From the IMG/VR virus record IMGVR_UViG_3300009037_000003, positions 1 to 64,000 of that record: 64,000 nt of DNA. One strand, written 5' to 3'. A program made the position numbers and the translations under genes. The notes under the pieces are model-generated. The model was not told the origin of the DNA and ran no database searches. It saw only the letters and a list, made by a program, of their open reading frames with translations. Within the stretch, counting starts at the first letter, position 1, and every line of letters starts with the position of its first letter. Origin of the DNA: a virus. Taxonomy: Duplodnaviria > Caudoviricetes. Positions 59,198 through 64,000 of the stretch are shown here, piece after piece.

Positions 59198-61470
59198 CTT
59201 ATATACCTCTTCACGCACACAGTTTTCACTCGCTTCTAGACGGACTCTCTTCTCCCAAGGATATGATAGATCGCTGTATAGAGCTAGGGCTCCCTGGAAT
59301 AGCACTCACCGATCACGGAACCATCTCCGGAATGAAAGCTTTCTTCAACGCTGCTAAAAAGAAAAAAATTAAGCCTATCTGTGGGATCGAGGCCTATGTC
59401 TGCGAGCAAGATCCACTGATAAAGGATACCTCTAATAATAAAAGACATCATCTTATCATTTTAGCCAAAAACGATGACGGTATCGAAGACCTCATGCAGT
59501 TAGTATCCGAAACGAATAGACCGGATTATTTCTATAGAAAACCCCGTATCGATCTCAATGGAATTAAGCCATTTGCATCCAGAGGCAATCTGATCGCCTT
59601 ATCGGCTTGCATCGCTGGCGAATTGCCAAGCTCCTTGTTTACGGATTTTAAACATGCTGTTAATATCGGTGGACACGGAGAAAATCTATCCGAGATTCGC
59701 CGTGAACTGCGCAATGACTGGAAGGAAAAGGGCAAGGAGATTATTCTTAAATATCAAGACGTATTCGGTAAAAACAACTATTTTCTCGAACTGCAAGACG
59801 AAGGAATGTCATCGCAGACAATAACAGTTGAATGTTTAAGAACATTGGGGAAGGAGTTGGATGTCCCAACAGTCGCTACAATAGATAGTCATTACTGCAG
59901 GAAGGAACAAGCGGAAGACCAACGAGTGCTACTGTGTTCGCAGCTGCACACAACGATGGCGGACCAGCAGAGAAAACTCGAAGCCGGTGCAGATATTATG
60001 GACTTTTTTGTATCCGATAATTACTATATCCCTTCGTATGAGGAGATGGCGGAAAAATTCACCGCAGCAGAATTGGAGACCACTCTCGCGATAAGTGAAT
60101 CCATTAAGTATAAAAAAGACTTGAATCGTGCGCCGAATATACCAGTATTCGTTAGCGGCGACAAAAAGGGAACGACATCAGACGACTATTTGAAGACGTT
60201 ATGTGTTGCCGGAGCTAAGAAAAAACTTGGCCATCTGACCGACGACAGCAAAAAAACTTATTGGGATAGATTGAACAAAGAGTTATCGGTCGTGCGGGAC
60301 GCCGGTCTAGCAGATTATTTTCTGATCGTATGGGATATATGCAAATACGTCGATAGTTTACAAGCCGCCAGGGGCGTTGGGCGCGGATCCGGAGCAGGAT
60401 CTCTAATCAATTATTTGCTCAACATCACCGGCATCGATCCGATCCAGTATGATCTATATTTCGAGCGATTTTACAATGTTAGTCGAAATATTAAGCCACA
60501 TTTTAATGTTAGCGACCAGATGTCGTACCTAAAATGGCTGGCAGATAGTCATGAAAACATCCGTGGACAAGACTACAAGATCGCCAGAAAACAAGTTTCG
60601 GAATTTATGGCCCAAAGAATTAAGAATGGCGTAGCCTTTACCGAAAAAATGAAAGCCGAAACGGAATGGGTAGACCAAAATAATCCGTCCATGTGGTTTT
60701 ATATTAGAGACCGGCTACAACAGCAAGCTGTCGGCGTCAATATTGATAATTCACACCTAGCTTTTGGGTTGGGGATAGTTGATCAAGTCAAAAATGAAAA
60801 TGTTGTTACCAATCCGGGACACATCAGTTTGCCAGATATCGACCTCGACGTTTCTGTCGAAATCAGAGATACGGTAATTGCGTATCTCATCGATAAATGG
60901 GGATCCGATTATGTATCGCAAATGATCAGCTTTGGTAGATTACAGGGGAAGGCGGCGCTAAAAGAAGTGTTTCGAATCCAGTCCGATACAGTAAAACAGC
61001 TCATGAAGGTCAAATCGCTGAAGGAAGGCAAAAATCCTGACGATATAAGTACAACAGCATTCGATCTGTGCAACACAATAACGGCCGAAATTCCCGACGA
61101 AGCTGCAATTTCAGACGAATTAGAGGTAATGAGGGAAGACGATAATGAGTATGGGATTTTGCGATGGGCATGCGATAATGTAGACACCGTAAGAAAAGCG
61201 TACGAATGGTATAAGCCGTTGTTTGATCAAGCAATGCGGATTGAAGGTACAAAAAAGTCACAATCACGACATCCGGCTGGAGTTGTTATCTCCAAACAGC
61301 CGATCAAGGATTTATTTCCCTTGGTCCATGATTCGTCGCATAAGAATCGCGTTATCGGTGTTGAGATGGCAGACGCTGAGGCTATGGGTGGAGTGAAATT
61401 TGACGTCCTTGGTGTTGTCGCACTCGACAAAATCTGGCACGCTATGTCACTTATAAACTCGAAAGGTTAA
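59194..61470 (+). CDS. dnaE: DNA polymerase III alpha, N-terminal part (PHP + palm/thumb)
   Basis: LHAHS.HSLLDG, TDHG, DSHY, GRGSGAGSL, FERF, PDIDLD, HPAGVVI, KFDVLG then stop. Confidence 0.92.
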   Translation: MTYIPLHAHSFHSLLDGLSSPKDMIDRCIELGLPGIALTDHGTISGMKAFFNAAKKKKIKPICGIEAYVCEQDPLIKDTSNNKRHHLIILAKNDDGIEDLMQLVSETNRPDYFYRKPRIDLNGIKPFASRGNLIALSACIAGELPSSLFTDFKHAVNIGGHGENLSEIRRELRNDWKEKGKEIILKYQDVFGKNNYFLELQDEGMSSQTITVECLRTLGKELDVPTVATIDSHYCRKEQAEDQRVLLCSQLHTTMADQQRKLEAGADIMDFFVSDNYYIPSYEEMAEKFTAAELETTLAISESIKYKKDLNRAPNIPVFVSGDKKGTTSDDYLKTLCVAGAKKKLGHLTDDSKKTYWDRLNKELSVVRDAGLADYFLIVWDICKYVDSLQAARGVGRGSGAGSLINYLLNITGIDPIQYDLYFERFYNVSRNIKPHFNVSDQMSYLKWLADSHENIRGQDYKIARKQVSEFMAQRIKNGVAFTEKMKAETEWVDQNNPSMWFYIRDRLQQQAVGVNIDNSHLAFGLGIVDQVKNENVVTNPGHISLPDIDLDVSVEIRDTVIAYLIDKWGSDYVSQMISFGRLQGKAALKEVFRIQSDTVKQLMKVKSLKEGKNPDDISTTAFDLCNTITAEIPDEAAISDELEVMREDDNEYGILRWACDNVDTVRKAYEWYKPLFDQAMRIEGTKKSQSRHPAGVVISKQPIKDLFPLVHDSSHKNRVIGVEMADAEAMGGVKFDVLGVVALDKIWHAMSLINSKG

Positions 61471-61473
61471 AAT

Positions 61474-62205
61474 ATGCTCGATCCATGGTTTTACGATGTA
61501 GAGATCGCTGGAACACGAGTGGTTCCGGGCGTTGGCTCCCCCCACACCGAAGCACAACTTGTGGCCGACGCTGAATATAAAAGAGATATTTTAGTACAAC
61601 AGATTGTCGAAAGATACGATTTTAAGAGCAAAAGTGTGCTGGATATTGCATCGAATTGCGGCTACTGGGGGCTGGAATATGCGAAACAGGGGGCAACCCG
61701 TTACCTCGGCGTTGAAGGAAGACCGTTGTTCATCGACCAGGGCAATATGCTATGGAGCGAACAGTCGCCAAAATGTAACTGGCAGTTTCTGCAGGGCGAT
61801 ATCAACAGTAACGATACATGGAGTAAAATAAGAAGTCACGGAAAATTCGATTTTTGTTTGTGTGCCGGAATATTGTATCACATAGTAGATCATTGCACTT
61901 TGCTAGATCGTATACTTGAAGTAACAGACGATACTGTCCTTGTAGACACAAGAGTGAGTCCGGATAACGATCCGAAGACGAAACCGTTCATAGAAAGAGG
62001 AAATTGGGGGTTTGACGGAATCCATACCAACGGAAAACCCGCAACGGCGTCGCACCCGACCAAGCAGGTATTGATTAGATATTTTGAGAATAAATCGTTC
62101 GACGTTGAGGAAATTCGAGCGACTAAGCCAGTACCATTAGATATGGCAGCTAATGATAACTACGACGCGGGAAAACGAATAACTTTACTGTGCAGAAAAC
62201 GATAA
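61474..62205 (+). CDS. Class I SAM-dependent methyltransferase (CmoB/DUF1698-like)
   Basis: SVLDIASNCG, GVEGR, FDFCLCAGILYH. Confidence 0.85.
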   Translation: MLDPWFYDVEIAGTRVVPGVGSPHTEAQLVADAEYKRDILVQQIVERYDFKSKSVLDIASNCGYWGLEYAKQGATRYLGVEGRPLFIDQGNMLWSEQSPKCNWQFLQGDINSNDTWSKIRSHGKFDFCLCAGILYHIVDHCTLLDRILEVTDDTVLVDTRVSPDNDPKTKPFIERGNWGFDGIHTNGKPATASHPTKQVLIRYFENKSFDVEEIRATKPVPLDMAANDNYDAGKRITLLCRKR

Positions 62206-62229
62206 GAGTGGTATCGAAAAGGGAATAAA

Positions 62230-63417
62230 ATGAAAATTGTAAAGCTAATCGCTGAGAACATCAAGATTTTGAAGGCAATCGAGATAACTCCTGACGGAGC
62301 AACGGTTTGCGTCGGAGGCGATAACGCGCAGGGCAAAAGTTCGGTACTAGACGCCATCGAATATGCACTTGGCGGCGAGGCCTCTATTCCAGAAAAGACT
62401 ATTAGAGACGGTCAAGAAAAGGCAAAGATCGTTGTCGATTTGGGAGACTTAGAAGTCACCAGAACATTTACTACCAAGGGGACGCGACTTGTTGTAAAAA
62501 ATAAGGACGGCTCAACATTTAGCAGCCCACAAGCGGTATTAAATAAGCTGTTCACAACGCTCACCTTCGATCCAATGCAGTTTCTGCACACAAAACCTCA
62601 GGATAGAGTTGGAATTCTCAAAAGATTAATGAACATAGACTTTACATCGCAGGATGCAGAATACAAAAAGTTGTTCGAAGAAAGAACTGCGGTGAACCGA
62701 GAAGGCAAAGATCTGCGAGCCAAGATCGACGGCTTGACAAGACATAACGTTCCGGCAAGCGAAGTGTCCGTCAGTGAATTGACATCGCAATATTCCAGCG
62801 GTATGGCCATCAATACGGAGCTTGAAAACAAGACCAGACGGCTCGGTTCACTGGAAACAGAACTGGCATCATTACTGCAGAAAGTTTCAGAAACAAAAAC
62901 CAAGATAGAAGAACTTAAGATAGCCATAGCGGCGACAAAGCCAGTCGACATAACTTCCTTGTGGCAACAAATCAGTACGGCCGAGGAAACCAATAAGAAA
63001 ATTCGCGAAAATAAGCAGTACGACTATCTATCCCAAAAGCTGACCGCTATGCGAACGAAATCGCAAGAATTGACAGACCGACTAGAGCAAATCACTTCCG
63101 ACAAAGAAAGTGTGCTAAAGAACGCAGAATTTCCCGTTTCTGGCTTGGGATTTACCGAAAACGGCGTGACTTTTAATGGCGTCGACTTCGAAGAATGTTC
63201 GACAGCAGAACAACTAAAAGTATCTGTCGGCATAGGATTAGCGATGAATCCGAACCTACGAATCCTGCTGGTCAGAGAAGGGTCGTTGCTCGATAAAAAG
63301 AGTCTAGGCTTAATCGCTGAGATGGCCGAAAAGCACGATGCACAGATCTGGATCGAGCGAGTGTCCAAAAGCGAAGAGTGCCAAGTCATCATCGAAAATG
63401 GACAAATAGTGTCGTAA
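62230..63417 (+). CDS. SMC/Rad50-like ATPase
   Basis: GDNAQGKSSVLDAI, coiled coil, STAEQ signature-like, ILLVREGSLLD. Confidence 0.88.
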   Translation: MKIVKLIAENIKILKAIEITPDGATVCVGGDNAQGKSSVLDAIEYALGGEASIPEKTIRDGQEKAKIVVDLGDLEVTRTFTTKGTRLVVKNKDGSTFSSPQAVLNKLFTTLTFDPMQFLHTKPQDRVGILKRLMNIDFTSQDAEYKKLFEERTAVNREGKDLRAKIDGLTRHNVPASEVSVSELTSQYSSGMAINTELENKTRRLGSLETELASLLQKVSETKTKIEELKIAIAATKPVDITSLWQQISTAEETNKKIRENKQYDYLSQKLTAMRTKSQELTDRLEQITSDKESVLKNAEFPVSGLGFTENGVTFNGVDFEECSTAEQLKVSVGIGLAMNPNLRILLVREGSLLDKKSLGLIAEMAEKHDAQIWIERVSKSEECQVIIENGQIVS

Positions 63418-63418
63418 T

Positions 63419-64000
63419 ATGATCAATACCGTATTCATAGAGCTAACGAACAACTGCTGCTCTTCCTGCAAATCGTGCCCACAGTCAATAGGACTGTCTA
63501 GACCAAAGGGGTTCATGGACTTCGATTTATTCCGAAGAGTCGTTGATCAAGCATGGACGATGACCGATACGATTAATTTCTCATTTTTTGGAGAACAGTT
63601 GTTGCATCCGAAGTTCGTTGACTGTATGGAGTACGTTAAAAAACGACCAAAAGGCAAAAAGATTGTCATATTTTCCAATTTCCTATGCATGACAGATAAG
63701 GTTATGAAAGCCCTGATCGATGTCGAACCGGCTAAGGTATGTATCAGTATCAATGCGATATCTCAGCAATCGTACGACGAGGTTAGGGGCGGGAAATACT
63801 GCTTAGATCTTGATGGTAATATCCATGTGTCAAGTTTTTTTGATATTTTAGTTGACAAGGTCCGACGATGGTTCACAGTTAAACATCCTAGGACTAGACA
63901 TGAATTTGTGGTTAGTAGTTATACAGTAGACTATGTAGAACCATTCGTTAAACAGTGGTTGCCTCTATTGGGGAAATCCGATGATATTCTGCTCAAACGG
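63419..64000 (+). CDS. Radical SAM protein (runs off the window; missing from the ORF track)
   Basis: MINTVFIELTNNCCSSCKSCP (CxxxCxxC)..GFMDFDLF..FGEQLLHP. Confidence 0.85.
   Translation, partial: MINTVFIELTNNCCSSCKSCPQSIGLSRPKGFMDFDLFRRVVDQAWTMTDTINFSFFGEQLLHPKFVDCMEYVKKRPKGKKIVIFSNFLCMTDKVMKALIDVEPAKVCISINAISQQSYDEVRGGKYCLDLDGNIHVSSFFDILVDKVRRWFTVKHPRTRHEFVVSSYTVDYVEPFVKQWLPLLGKSDDILLKR

Noticed and set aside
60490-60825. Intein in dnaE
   Set aside because: No Cys/Ser start, block B or His-Asn end

Overview
The window looks like the left arm of a large, probably lytic dsDNA phage genome. Essentially all genes lie on the + strand, and no capsid, tail, terminase or integrase genes are recognisable here. 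Layout: (i) 1-2.3 kb, a 23-bp tandem repeat and a hairpin-rich non-coding leader; (ii) about 2.3-38 kb, small early/accessory genes interspersed with tRNAs (Leu-CAA, Lys-TTT, Ile-TAT, Arg-TCT), non-canonical tRNA-like RNAs, four left-handed beta-helix paralogs, two LRR paralogs, RNA repair/modification enzymes (RNA ligase, MiaB-family methylthiotransferase, phosphatases, macro domain) and a Ycf46-type AAA/DUF1257/DUF2997 cluster; (iii) 38-64 kb, nucleotide metabolism and replication (BrxL-like ATPase, ThyX, ClpP, sigma factor, intein-containing class II RNR, RNase H, RecA, DnaB, primase, N-terminal part of DnaE). A secreted protein with a dockerin-like tail and small 'KYLVFDLEATxREN' proteins suggest a Planctomycetota (Phycisphaerae-like) host; this is inferred from remembered family motifs. 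The most unusual signals are tRNA-centred: a D-armless tRNA-Arg-like gene, a 143-nt RNA with tRNA-like ends, a tRNA gene split by a cassette carrying a complete replacement tRNA-Arg plus an HNH nuclease, beta-helix genes always next to tRNA genes, and a roughly 360-nt pseudoknotted non-coding element at 37.6-38.0 kb. All calls are by eye; no searches were run.
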